This document shows positions 1-8,858 of a stretch of 64,000 nucleotides of DNA, in pieces. The stretch comes from Pseudomonadota bacterium. Its GTDB lineage: Bacteria; Myxococcota; JACRCW01; JAFGSX01. The position numbers were made by a program, and so were the translations under genes. Location: assembly GCA_043821645.1 (NCBI GenBank), contig JBDRCO010000076.1, forward strand, positions 32,001 through 96,000, written 5' to 3'. How positions within the stretch are numbered: the stretch's first letter is position 1; each line of letters starts with the position of its first letter. Under the pieces are notes generated by a model that did not search any database, was not told the origin of the DNA, and saw only the letters and a program-made list of their open reading frames with translations.

Positions 1-635
1 GCCTCCTGGTCGCGCGCGTTCACGATGGTCGCGCTGCTGCCTGGCGGGCGGGTCAGCAAGGCCCAGTTGTAGTCGACGATGCCGGGCTCGGTGGGCAGGA
101 CACTGGCAGCGGCGGACAGCGTCAGGGTCTGGCCCAGGCTGGCGCCGCGATTGTCACCGGCCTCGGCGTAGTACTGGTTGGTGACCTGCAGCAGCACGTG
201 CACGGTCGAGCTGCTCGCCATGCGCGCGTCCTGCACGAAGAGCAGGACCGTGTAGTTCCCGTCACAGGGTGGCGTGACCTGGAACAGGCTCTGGTTGGTC
301 ACCCCCTGGTGCGTGGTGCATTGGCTGGCGCCGGTCGGGCCCACCACCGACCAGAAGTAATACAGAGGGTCGCCATCGGGGTCCGACGAGCCCGTGCCAT
401 CCAGTTCGGCCAAGAACCCGCGCGGGTGCTGGACCTCGGATGGGCCGGCAATGACTGCGATCGGGGAGGAGTTGGGGCCGGCGTCCTGGCCCGCATCCGC
501 TGCGGTGGCGTCGGGTTTGGTTTCCGGGGGAGGTTCGGAGCAGGCAGCCACGACGGTCAGCAATGCGCACGCTGAGATCAGGACGGCACACCAGCCATGG
601 TCTCGAGTTGGTCGTCCCATCGCAAAGTGTTGCAT
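1..635 (-). CDS. PKD/Ig-like domain lipoprotein, runs off the window edge (3' end missing)
   Basis: Not in the ORF track; translated by hand from ATG 635 (alternative 620): ...LLTVVAAC lipobox, then PIAVIAGP..LDGTGSSDPDGDPLYYFWS, a typical PKD-like motif. Frame stays open to position 1. Confidence 0.75.
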   Translation of the reverse strand, partial: MQHFAMGRPTRDHGWCAVLISACALLTVVAACSEPPPETKPDATAADAGQDAGPNSSPIAVIAGPSEVQHPRGFLAELDGTGSSDPDGDPLYYFWSVVGPTGASQCTTHQGVTNQSLFQVTPPCDGNYTVLLFVQDARMASSSTVHVLLQVTNQYYAEAGDNRGASLGQTLTLSAAASVLPTEPGIVDYNWALLTRPPGSSATIVNARDQE

Positions 636-678
636 CCCGGCCTCGAGCGTTGTGCGCATCGCCGCTCGATCCAGCAGA

Positions 679-909
679 TCACGAGCCAAGGTCCACGTCG
701 ATGTCAAAGTCATCCTCCGGGTCCCTGGGGTGACTCGAACTCCACAACCCGCCGGGAGCCATGGTGACGACGGCGTCGCTGTCCTTGCTCCCGGGATCGG
801 GCGTCAGCGCCCACAGGGCGTCGTGGTCCCAGGCCGCCAGCTCGAAGACCGAGCCCAGGGCCATCGCCCTGCGAAGCCCGAGGGGCGCGAACCAGCAGGT
901 AACGTCCAC
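679..909 (-). CDS. small hypothetical protein (76 aa, acidic C-terminus DDFDIDVDL)
   Basis: Mostly G/C third codon positions, same strand as the downstream PKD gene; no recognisable motif. Confidence 0.4.
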   Translation of the reverse strand: MDVTCWFAPLGLRRAMALGSVFELAAWDHDALWALTPDPGSKDSDAVVTMAPGGLWSSSHPRDPEDDFDIDVDLGS

Positions 910-1092
910 ACCGCTTGAAGGCGCGCGCGAGAGACGGGGTGGATCGCAGCGCCAGCGGTGGGTTCACACCACCGCGAGGAAAACGACGCAGCGGCGCGCA
1001 TCTCGTCGCTGCGATACACGCAAACCGCCCTTCTTGCCTCGGCCGCGGCGACGCGGGTGGAAACCCGTGGCACGGCGTTGTAAAAAACACCC

Positions 1093-1548
1093 ATGACGCA
1101 GGAACACGAGACGCTCCTCGAGGAGTATCCCATCACGGTGCGCCTGCCCGTGCACTGGGGCGACATGGATGCCTACCAGCACGTCAACAACGTGGTGTAC
1201 TTCAGGTGGTTCGAGACGGCGCGGGTGTCGTACTTCGATGCCATGCACATCATGGGCGATCCCGCGGTCCCCGTGCGCCCCATCCTGGCCTCGGTCCAGT
1301 GCCGCTACAAGGCGCCCCTGTTACACCCCGACGTGGTGGTGGTGGGCGCCCGTGTCGACGGGGTTCAGGAGGATCGCTTTCGCATGAGCTACGCCGTGGT
1401 GAGCGAGGCGCTGGCGCGCGTGGCCGCGGTGGGCGAGGGACTGGTGGTGTCCTTCGACTACGCCGCCGGACACAAGGTGGCCCTGCCCGCAGCCTGGCGC
1501 GAGAGCATCGCGAGCATCGAGGCGCGCGCCTCGCACGACGCACCCTGA
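1093..1548 (+). CDS. acyl-CoA thioesterase (4HBT/YbgC hotdog fold)
   Basis: WGDMDAYQHVNNVVYFRWFETAR signature; 151 aa. Confidence 0.92.
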   Translation: MTQEHETLLEEYPITVRLPVHWGDMDAYQHVNNVVYFRWFETARVSYFDAMHIMGDPAVPVRPILASVQCRYKAPLLHPDVVVVGARVDGVQEDRFRMSYAVVSEALARVAAVGEGLVVSFDYAAGHKVALPAAWRESIASIEARASHDAP

Positions 1549-1585
1549 GCGATGTCGGCTCGCCACGGTACGGCCAAGGAGACCC

Positions 1586-2599
1586 ATGCCTGACGCACGA
1601 GGACAGTGGCACCTGCTGACGCTTGGCGACTCCATCCTGTGGGGACAGGGTCTGCGCGACGCAAACAAGATCGTGGTGCGCACGGCCCAGTCCCTGTCCC
1701 AGGCGAAGGGCGTCACCGTGAACCTTCACGTCTACGCGCACAGCGGGGCCTGGATCTGGAACCAGGTCGTGCAGCCTCCGCACCCTGACGACCCGAGCAT
1801 GGCCAGCCTTGCCCAGTCCGGTCGCCTGACCCTGCCGGGGAACGACAGCACCCGCGATTTCATCGGCGAGCGGCCGCTGCCCGAACCCTACGTGTGGAGC
1901 CAGCTCCACCAGGCCAGCCTGGACCTGGCGCACCTGGGCGTGAGCCCCGATGTGGTGCTGCTCGACGGAGGCATCAACAACATCGGTGTGTTCGAGATCG
2001 TCAATTCCACCCACGATGCTGCGTGGATGCAGCGCCAGGTGGACGCTCTGCGCGGATGGATGTACGAGCTTCTGCTGGGCGTGCACGGGCACTTTCCTGC
2101 CGCGCACCTCGTCGTCACGGGCTACTACCCTGTGTTCAGCAACCTGTCGTTTGCGCTGGGTGCGGACCTGGCGTCGCGGACATTCATTCACGCTGTCACC
2201 GGGCTCAACGCCTTCGGCGTGCTGCACCCCATGCAAGACCTGGTGGCCCTGTCGCGGACTTTCTCCCAGGGCATTCACGCCAACCTGAGCGCGGACGTGC
2301 AGCGCTTCAATGGCCAGGTCGGGGCCTCGGTGGCGGCCTATGCGCCGCCCCGATTCACTGCGGCCAACGCCTATGCGGCACCCCGCTGCCTGCTGTGGCA
2401 GCTCAACCTGAACCCACTGCATTTTCTCGAACCCATGGACGATGCGGTGGCTGAGCGCGAGGCAGCCCTCGGTGGCGCACAGGGTCTGGAACGGCAGGTT
2501 GGCTTGCGCTGCTCGGCCGGACACCCCAATCGCGAGGGCGCCGAGCGCTACCACGAGGCCGTGGTGAAGGCGCTGAAGGCACTCGGCGTGTTGCCTTGA
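1586..2599 (+). CDS. SGNH/GDSL hydrolase
   Basis: LGDSILWG (block I), AHSGA (II), DGGINN (III), GHPN (V); AGGAG upstream. Confidence 0.8.
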   Translation: MPDARGQWHLLTLGDSILWGQGLRDANKIVVRTAQSLSQAKGVTVNLHVYAHSGAWIWNQVVQPPHPDDPSMASLAQSGRLTLPGNDSTRDFIGERPLPEPYVWSQLHQASLDLAHLGVSPDVVLLDGGINNIGVFEIVNSTHDAAWMQRQVDALRGWMYELLLGVHGHFPAAHLVVTGYYPVFSNLSFALGADLASRTFIHAVTGLNAFGVLHPMQDLVALSRTFSQGIHANLSADVQRFNGQVGASVAAYAPPRFTAANAYAAPRCLLWQLNLNPLHFLEPMDDAVAEREAALGGAQGLERQVGLRCSAGHPNREGAERYHEAVVKALKALGVLP

Positions 2600-2679
2600 G
2601 CCTTGCACCCCTTGTGCGATCCTGCCCAACCGGGTGGCGTGCACGCGTGCACGGCCACTCATGCTCATGGAGGCGCGCG

Positions 2680-4521
2680 ATGTCTCGCTGGATCCATTCC
2701 GTGCTGGCTCTGTCGGCCCTGACCCTGGCGTGTCCCGCATCCAGGGATTCGTCCCCTGCGACAGCACCCTCCCCGGGAGAGACCGCTGCCACCCCGACGC
2801 CGACCCTTGCCGAGGCCGAGTTTTGGATGAAAGAGGTCGAGGCTGAATTGCTCACGCTCAAGGTGGCCCAGGAGCGCGCCATGTGGGTGCAGGCCACCTT
2901 CATCACCGACGACACCGACATCATCGTGGCCGACGCCCAGGTGGCGCTGATGAAGTTCGTCGGCGAGAAGGCCATCGAGGCCACCCGCTTTGATAGGCTG
3001 GATCTGCCCGCAGAGCTGAAGCGCAAGATCGAACTGCTCAAGCTCGAGCTCGACCTGCCCGCGCCCTCGGATCCGGCCCAGCGCCAGGAGCTGGCTGATA
3101 TCGCCACCCGCATGAAGAGCAGCTACGGCAAGGGGACCTACTGCTCGCCGCGCCACAGGGGCGCGTGCCTGAGTCTGGGCGAGCTGTCCCGCGTCCTCGC
3201 CGAGAGCCGCGACTGGGACACCCTGATCGACGCGTGGCAGGGCTGGCGCAGCGTGTCCATCCCGATGCGCCAGGACTTCCCGCGCTATGTCGAGCTGGCC
3301 AACGCCGGAGCACGCGAGCTGGGCTTTGCCGACCTGGGGGCGCTGTGGCGCTCGCGCTACGACATGCCGCCCGAGGCCTTCTCGGCCGAGGTGGAGAGGT
3401 TGTGGCAGCAGATGAAGCCCCTGTACGAGCAGCTGCACTGCATGGTGCGCGCGCGCCTGGCCACGCGCTACGGCGGCGACAAGGTCCCGGCTGACCAGCC
3501 CATCCCGGCGCACCTGCTGGGCAACATGTGGAGCCAGGAGTGGGGCGGCATCTACGATCTGGTGGCGCCCCCGAGCCAGGGCAGCCTCGACATCACCAAG
3601 CTGCTGGCGGCCAAGAAGACCGACGAACTTGGCATGGTGCGCCAAGCCGAGGCCTTCTTCTCGTCGCTGGGACTTGAAAAGCTGCCGGACACCTTCTGGA
3701 CCCGATCCATGTTCACCAAGCCCCGGGACCGCGACGTGGTGTGCCACGCCAGCGCCTGGGACATCGACTGGAAGGACGATCTGCGCATCAAGATGTGCAT
3801 CGAGCGCACCGCCGACGACTTCATCACCATCCACCACGAGCTCGGCCACAACTACTACCAACGCGCCTACAAGGACCAGCCCGTGCTGTTCACCAACGGC
3901 GCCAACGACGGCTTCCACGAGGCTCTGGGCGACACCCTGGCCCTGTCGGTGACCCCGACCTACCTGCGCCGCATCGGTCTGCTCGACCGGGACGTGCCCG
4001 ACAGCCTGGATCCGATGCTGCGTCTGGCCCTGGACAAGCTCGCCTTCATCCCCTTCGGCCTGGTCGTCGACACCTGGCGCTTCGACGTGTTCTCGGGCCA
4101 GGTCAAGCCCGAGCAGTACAACGCGCACTGGTGGGAGTTGCGGCGGCGTTACCAGGGTCTGCGTTCGCCCGTCGAGCGCAGCGAAGCGGACTTCGACCCG
4201 GGCGCCAAGTACCACGTGGCCGCCAATGTGCCCTACACCCGCTACTTCCTGGCGCTGGTGCTACAGTTCCAGTTCCACCGGGCCCTGTGTCGCGCGGTCG
4301 GGCACCAGGGCCCACTGCACCAGTGCACCATCCACGACAGCAAAGTGGCAGGCCAGAAGCTCGACGCCATGATGCGCATGGGTGCGAGCCGACCCTGGCC
4401 CGAGGCGCTGAAGGCGTTGACGGGGGAAGACACCATGGATGCCAGCGCCGTGATCGACTACTTCAAGCCCCTGCTCGACTGGCTGGCCGAGCAGAACAAG
4501 GACCAGAAGTGCGGCTGGTGA
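2680..4521 (+). CDS. M2 family peptidyl-dipeptidase (ACE-like), probable lipoprotein
   Basis: HHELGH zinc motif, GANDGFHEALGD, AHLLGNMWSQEW, FDPGAKYHV, PYTRYF; LTLAC lipobox; GGAGG before ATG 2680. Confidence 0.95.
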   Translation: MSRWIHSVLALSALTLACPASRDSSPATAPSPGETAATPTPTLAEAEFWMKEVEAELLTLKVAQERAMWVQATFITDDTDIIVADAQVALMKFVGEKAIEATRFDRLDLPAELKRKIELLKLELDLPAPSDPAQRQELADIATRMKSSYGKGTYCSPRHRGACLSLGELSRVLAESRDWDTLIDAWQGWRSVSIPMRQDFPRYVELANAGARELGFADLGALWRSRYDMPPEAFSAEVERLWQQMKPLYEQLHCMVRARLATRYGGDKVPADQPIPAHLLGNMWSQEWGGIYDLVAPPSQGSLDITKLLAAKKTDELGMVRQAEAFFSSLGLEKLPDTFWTRSMFTKPRDRDVVCHASAWDIDWKDDLRIKMCIERTADDFITIHHELGHNYYQRAYKDQPVLFTNGANDGFHEALGDTLALSVTPTYLRRIGLLDRDVPDSLDPMLRLALDKLAFIPFGLVVDTWRFDVFSGQVKPEQYNAHWWELRRRYQGLRSPVERSEADFDPGAKYHVAANVPYTRYFLALVLQFQFHRALCRAVGHQGPLHQCTIHDSKVAGQKLDAMMRMGASRPWPEALKALTGEDTMDASAVIDYFKPLLDWLAEQNKDQKCGW

Positions 4522-4593
4522 CGACGTGAACCAGCGGGTGGGCGCTTGCGGAAGACAGCCCGCGCCCGGCCATCTTTCACTCGACGCCCGCCC

Positions 4594-5652
4594 ATGACCG
4601 ACGCCAGCACCGTCAAGCTCCTGGTCCTGTCCGACACCCACCTCGGCTTCGATCTGCCGGCCCGCCCGCGCGTCGAGCGCCTGCGCCGAGGCGAGGACTT
4701 CTTTGCCAGCTACCAGCGGGCCCTGGCGCCGGCGCTGGCGGGCGAGGTGCACGCTGTGCTGCACCTCGGCGATCTGCTGTACCGCAGCAAGGTCCCGGCC
4801 TGGCTGGTCGAGCGCGCCGTGGCGCCACTTCGCCAGGTGGCCTCCCAGGGCGTGCCCGTGGTGTTGCTGCCGGGTAACCACGAGCGCTCGCACATCCCTT
4901 TCTCCTTGCTCGCGGCCCACAAGGGCCTGCACATCGTCGACAGGCCGCAGACCCTGGTGCTCGAGTTGGCGGGTCAGCGCGTGGCCCTGGTGGGATTCCC
5001 GAACTACCGCGACGAGGTCCGGCAGCGCTTCCCCTCGCTACTCGACGCCACGGGTTGGCAGCGAAGCCCCTGCGACCTCAGGCTGCTGTGTCTGCACCAG
5101 TGCATCGAGGGCATGACCGTGGGGCCCAGGAACTTCATGTTCACCACGGCGAACGATGTCATTCGCAGCCGTGACCTGCCCCGGGGCTTCGCCGCTGTCC
5201 TGGCTGGTCACGTGCATCGGCACCAGGTGCTGCGGCACGACCGACAGGGTCAGCCCCTGGCGGCTCCGGTGCTGGTGCCTGGCTCCATCGAGCGCACGTC
5301 CATGGCCGAGGCGGGCGAGGTCAAGGGCTACCTCATGGTCGAGTTCGTGCCCGGGAGTGGGGGAGGGCGACTGCGGAGCCACCGCTTCGTCGAGCTGGCC
5401 ACGCGCCCCCTGGTCGTGGTCCGGATTCCGGACTCCCTGATCGCTGCCGAGGGCCCGCTGACGACGTGGATCGCGACGACCCTGGCAGCGCTGCCCGCGA
5501 ACGCGGTGGTCACAGTGCGCTGGAACCAGCCCGCCGACGGCTTGCCGAGCTCTACTCTGCGCGCCGCCAGGCTGCGTGCCCTGGCGCCGCCCACCATGAT
5601 CGTCGAGCTGGCCAGGCCATCCCTTCGGGCGGACGGAACCAATCGCATCTGA
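4594..5652 (+). CDS. SbcD/Mre11-like metallophosphoesterase (putative DNA repair nuclease)
   Basis: Calcineurin-like motifs SDTHLG, GDL, GNHE, GHVH, plus PGSIER and KGY. Confidence 0.8.
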   Translation: MTDASTVKLLVLSDTHLGFDLPARPRVERLRRGEDFFASYQRALAPALAGEVHAVLHLGDLLYRSKVPAWLVERAVAPLRQVASQGVPVVLLPGNHERSHIPFSLLAAHKGLHIVDRPQTLVLELAGQRVALVGFPNYRDEVRQRFPSLLDATGWQRSPCDLRLLCLHQCIEGMTVGPRNFMFTTANDVIRSRDLPRGFAAVLAGHVHRHQVLRHDRQGQPLAAPVLVPGSIERTSMAEAGEVKGYLMVEFVPGSGGGRLRSHRFVELATRPLVVVRIPDSLIAAEGPLTTWIATTLAALPANAVVTVRWNQPADGLPSSTLRAARLRALAPPTMIVELARPSLRADGTNRI

Positions 5653-5677
5653 CGCCGAGGGATGCCGACCGAGGGCG

Positions 5678-7321
5678 CTAGAGCAGATCGATGGCCGCCG
5701 CCCAGGCCCACAGCTCCAGGCCAGCCAGGTCGCCGTAACGCAGATCCGCTCGCAGGCCCACCTCTCCCTTGCCCAGGAAGCGGAAGCTTCCGCGCAGGCC
5801 TGTTGTTCCCGTGGCCAGGATCTGGCGGCTCTGGTCCAGCAGGTAGACACCACCGGACTGGCTGAGGCCAAGCCGCAGGCCGTCGACGGGCTGCGTTCCC
5901 AGGGTCGCGCTGACCAGGTGGCTGCCGACGGGACTCCATTCGCCGCGATACAGCAGCTGCAGCGAGCTGGACCACCACGGCAGGCGGGTCCACAGCGAGG
6001 GCATCACCCAGGCACGGGGCCAGCTGCCGTCCTCGCTGACGCCGCCGCCACCCGCCAGCGAGGCGCCAGCGTACAGCGCACCCAGGCGGCCGCCCGCGTC
6101 CAGGGCCAGGCCTCCATCATAGAATGCAGCGTCGGGTGTGAGCTGCCAGGCACCCATCAGGTTGTCTGGCCACAGCAGGCGATGATCGAGGCGCCGGGCG
6201 TTGGCACCGAGCTGCACGGCCCCCAGTCGCCACGAGGCGCTGAGCACGGCGCGATCCGGCACCAGGGCCGGGCGACCCTTGCCGTCGTCGACGACCAGGA
6301 CGGTGCCCAGGTCCGTGGACAGGTGCCAGCCTGCATCGCCGTCGAGATCCAGGCTCAGCGAGGCCTCACCACCGTCGCTGCCACGACCGATGTCCCACAG
6401 GCTGCTCAGGTCGCCCTGGTAGCGCAGGGAGGCCCAGCCCCAGTGCGCCCCGCCGTCTACACCGAGGGCCGCCAGCGGTCGTTGCAGCGAGGGCACCAGG
6501 TCCGTGCGCGTGGGTTGCAGCCCGGCCACCAGGTGCAGGTGCGGACCGTCCTCGGAGGCGTGCCAGGTCACACCCGCGGCGTCGACGAGTCCATAGCGGA
6601 GCCCGGTCTCAGCGTGGCGGCCCAGCTGCACCGAGAGCGCGTCTATGGGTCTGTAAGCCAGCGTGGCGCGGTTCACTTCGAGCCAGCCCCAGGACCCCTG
6701 GCGAAAGCGGCCCTGCGCCGGGCTCACCGGCTGGCCGGCGGCCGACGCCAGGACGTCAAGCTGCCAGCGACCGGCGGTGTCCAGGGGCCCTTGCACGGCC
6801 AGGTCCAGCTGTTCGCGCTGGGTGATGCCATTGGCGGAACCGAAGGCGATCCAGGTGGCGCTGCGCAGGTGGGCGCTGTTGCGCAGGGGCGTCCAGGTCA
6901 CGATGGCGCGCTGGCCGGCAAAGCCGACCTTGGAGAAGGTCCCGGCGTCATGGACCCAGGTGCCGCTGGCGCTGGCTCGCAGCGATGTCGCCGGCTGCGA
7001 GGCCGCTTCGGCGACTGCGGTGCTGCGAAAGCTGACCGGCATGCCCGGACGGAGTGGTCGCTTCTGGTCGAGGACCCGGGCCACGGCGCTGTGCGGCGAG
7101 ACCTCCAGCACCTCGAGGCTCGCCACCTTCTTGCGATCCACCTTGACGACGAGACGGCTGCCGGGTTGCAGGCCGCGCTCGCTACCGAGGTCCAGGTAGG
7201 CCGCGTCGGTGGTGACGTAGGTGATGCTGCCGCGCACGGGCTGCGACCTGGCCTGTGCCAACGCCCCGGCGCACAGCAGCAGAACCGCACTCAGGAGCTG
7301 CAGTCGGTGGCGGTTCTTCAT
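5678..7321 (-). CDS. putative outer-membrane beta-barrel (porin) of the cytochrome cluster
   Basis: Signal peptide ending ALAQA, small N-terminal beta domain (YLDLGSERGLQPG), then alternating amphipathic strands; last gene of the multiheme operon. Confidence 0.6.
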   Translation of the reverse strand: MKNRHRLQLLSAVLLLCAGALAQARSQPVRGSITYVTTDAAYLDLGSERGLQPGSRLVVKVDRKKVASLEVLEVSPHSAVARVLDQKRPLRPGMPVSFRSTAVAEAASQPATSLRASASGTWVHDAGTFSKVGFAGQRAIVTWTPLRNSAHLRSATWIAFGSANGITQREQLDLAVQGPLDTAGRWQLDVLASAAGQPVSPAQGRFRQGSWGWLEVNRATLAYRPIDALSVQLGRHAETGLRYGLVDAAGVTWHASEDGPHLHLVAGLQPTRTDLVPSLQRPLAALGVDGGAHWGWASLRYQGDLSSLWDIGRGSDGGEASLSLDLDGDAGWHLSTDLGTVLVVDDGKGRPALVPDRAVLSASWRLGAVQLGANARRLDHRLLWPDNLMGAWQLTPDAAFYDGGLALDAGGRLGALYAGASLAGGGGVSEDGSWPRAWVMPSLWTRLPWWSSSLQLLYRGEWSPVGSHLVSATLGTQPVDGLRLGLSQSGGVYLLDQSRQILATGTTGLRGSFRFLGKGEVGLRADLRYGDLAGLELWAWAAAIDLL

Positions 7322-7323
7322 GC

Positions 7324-8082
7324 TCAATCGCCTGCCACGCCGCGGGGGTGACATTGCAGACAGAGAGGACTCTCGCAGCGGTAGTTGGCGACCTCCTGGT
7401 GGTGGCCATTGGTGATCGAGCACAGGTGCACGTGGCAGTCGATGCACGAGAAGCTGTCATAGCCGTTCACGTGGCAGTCGGTGCAGGCCACGTCGCGGTG
7501 TCGACCGCTGGCGATGGGGAACAGGGGATCGTGTGCGGCGCGGCTCATGGCCTCGCCGCGCGGGTGGCAGCGGTAGCAGGCGTCCGAGGCGTACTGGTAG
7601 CCGGACACGCCATTGTGCGCGGGATCCACGATGCTGGCCGCGTGGTCGTGGCAGTCGATGCAGGAGAAGCCCCGGTAGTCGGTCACGTGGCAGTTCTCGC
7701 AGGCCATGCCGCCGTGGGCACCGGTGACGATGGGAAACAGCACCTCGTGGTCGGCGCGGCCCAGGGCGATGCCCGACGGGTGGCAGCCGTAGCAGCCCGT
7801 GGCGTCGTACTCGTAGCCGACGACGCCTGCGTGGTGCGGATCCGTGCTGGCCTGATCGTGCTCGTGGCAGCTGATGCAGGTGAAGCGGGTGAAGGTCTCG
7901 AAGTCACCGTGGCAGGCGTCGCAGTCCGCACCTCCGTGGGCGCCCTCGAGCACCGGGAAGATGGGGGTGTGGGTGGCCCGGGTCACCCGCTCGCGCTGCA
8001 CCTTGAAGAAGGGCTCGTAGCAGCCGAGCACCCCGGTGACGACAAGAACCAGGCTCGCGGTGCGCACATGCCGGGCTGTCAT
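7324..8082 (-). CDS. 9-heme c-type cytochrome lipoprotein
   Basis: 9 CxxCH motifs in three 3-heme repeats; VLGC lipobox; ATG overlaps upstream stop (ATGA). Confidence 0.9.
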   Translation of the reverse strand: MTARHVRTASLVLVVTGVLGCYEPFFKVQRERVTRATHTPIFPVLEGAHGGADCDACHGDFETFTRFTCISCHEHDQASTDPHHAGVVGYEYDATGCYGCHPSGIALGRADHEVLFPIVTGAHGGMACENCHVTDYRGFSCIDCHDHAASIVDPAHNGVSGYQYASDACYRCHPRGEAMSRAAHDPLFPIASGRHRDVACTDCHVNGYDSFSCIDCHVHLCSITNGHHQEVANYRCESPLCLQCHPRGVAGD

Positions 8083-8858
8083 CGGCCCTCCTCGCCATGC
8101 GGATGGCACTCGTAGCACTTGCGCTGGGCGCACTGGTAGCCGGCCACGCCCTCGGACTGGTGCCTGCGGTCCATGGTGCTGCAGCGGTGGCAGCGGGTGC
8201 AATCCGCAGTGAAGCTGGCGCAGGCATTGACCGCGAGGGAGACCGGACCGCTGTGGCAGTTCTGGCAGGCGATGCCGCGGTGCGCGCCCGCGGCGATGGG
8301 GAAGCAACGATCGTGATCGGGGAACACCGCGAGCGTCCACCGCGTGGCGCTGTGGCAGCGGGCACAGTCCTCGCCCACCCCCGCTTGCTGGTGGTCGATG
8401 GAGCGACCCCGGGTGCGCAGCAGATCCTGAGCGTGGCAATCCTTGCAGCGGGCGGACAGCCCGCCCATGGCCCGGTCGGCGCGCTGCCTGTGGCAGGCAT
8501 CGCAGGGGATCACGGCGTGCCGGCCGTACAGCGGGAAGCGGCTGCGGGCGTGGGCGCGCACCCCGTCTCCCTGGCGGAAGTCGTCACTGTCGTGGCAGCG
8601 CGCGCACTCCCGGCCCAAGCTCCCGGCGTGCACATCGACGTGGCAGCTGCTGCACACAGGATCCAGCCGCAGGTGCGTCGCGTTGGCGTGGCAGGCGCGA
8701 CAGGGGATGCCCTGATGGCGACCTCGAAGCGGCAGGCGCGTCTGCTCGTGGTCGAACTGCACATCGGTCCAGCGGGTGGTCGTGTGGCAGGCGGAGCAGT
8801 CACCGCTCTGATTCGCAGGCTGGGCTGCCAGCCACAACAGGAAGGCGAGGCCGCTCAT
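8079..8858 (-). CDS. 10-heme c-type cytochrome
   Basis: 10 CxxCH motifs with FPLxGxH distal-His repeats; short hydrophobic N-terminus. Confidence 0.9.
   Translation of the reverse strand: MSGLAFLLWLAAQPANQSGDCSACHTTTRWTDVQFDHEQTRLPLRGRHQGIPCRACHANATHLRLDPVCSSCHVDVHAGSLGRECARCHDSDDFRQGDGVRAHARSRFPLYGRHAVIPCDACHRQRADRAMGGLSARCKDCHAQDLLRTRGRSIDHQQAGVGEDCARCHSATRWTLAVFPDHDRCFPIAAGAHRGIACQNCHSGPVSLAVNACASFTADCTRCHRCSTMDRRHQSEGVAGYQCAQRKCYECHPHGEEGR

Noticed and set aside
1068-1082. TGGCACGGCGTTGT as a sigma54 promoter
   Set aside because: Spacing is one base short and the -12 GC is missing.
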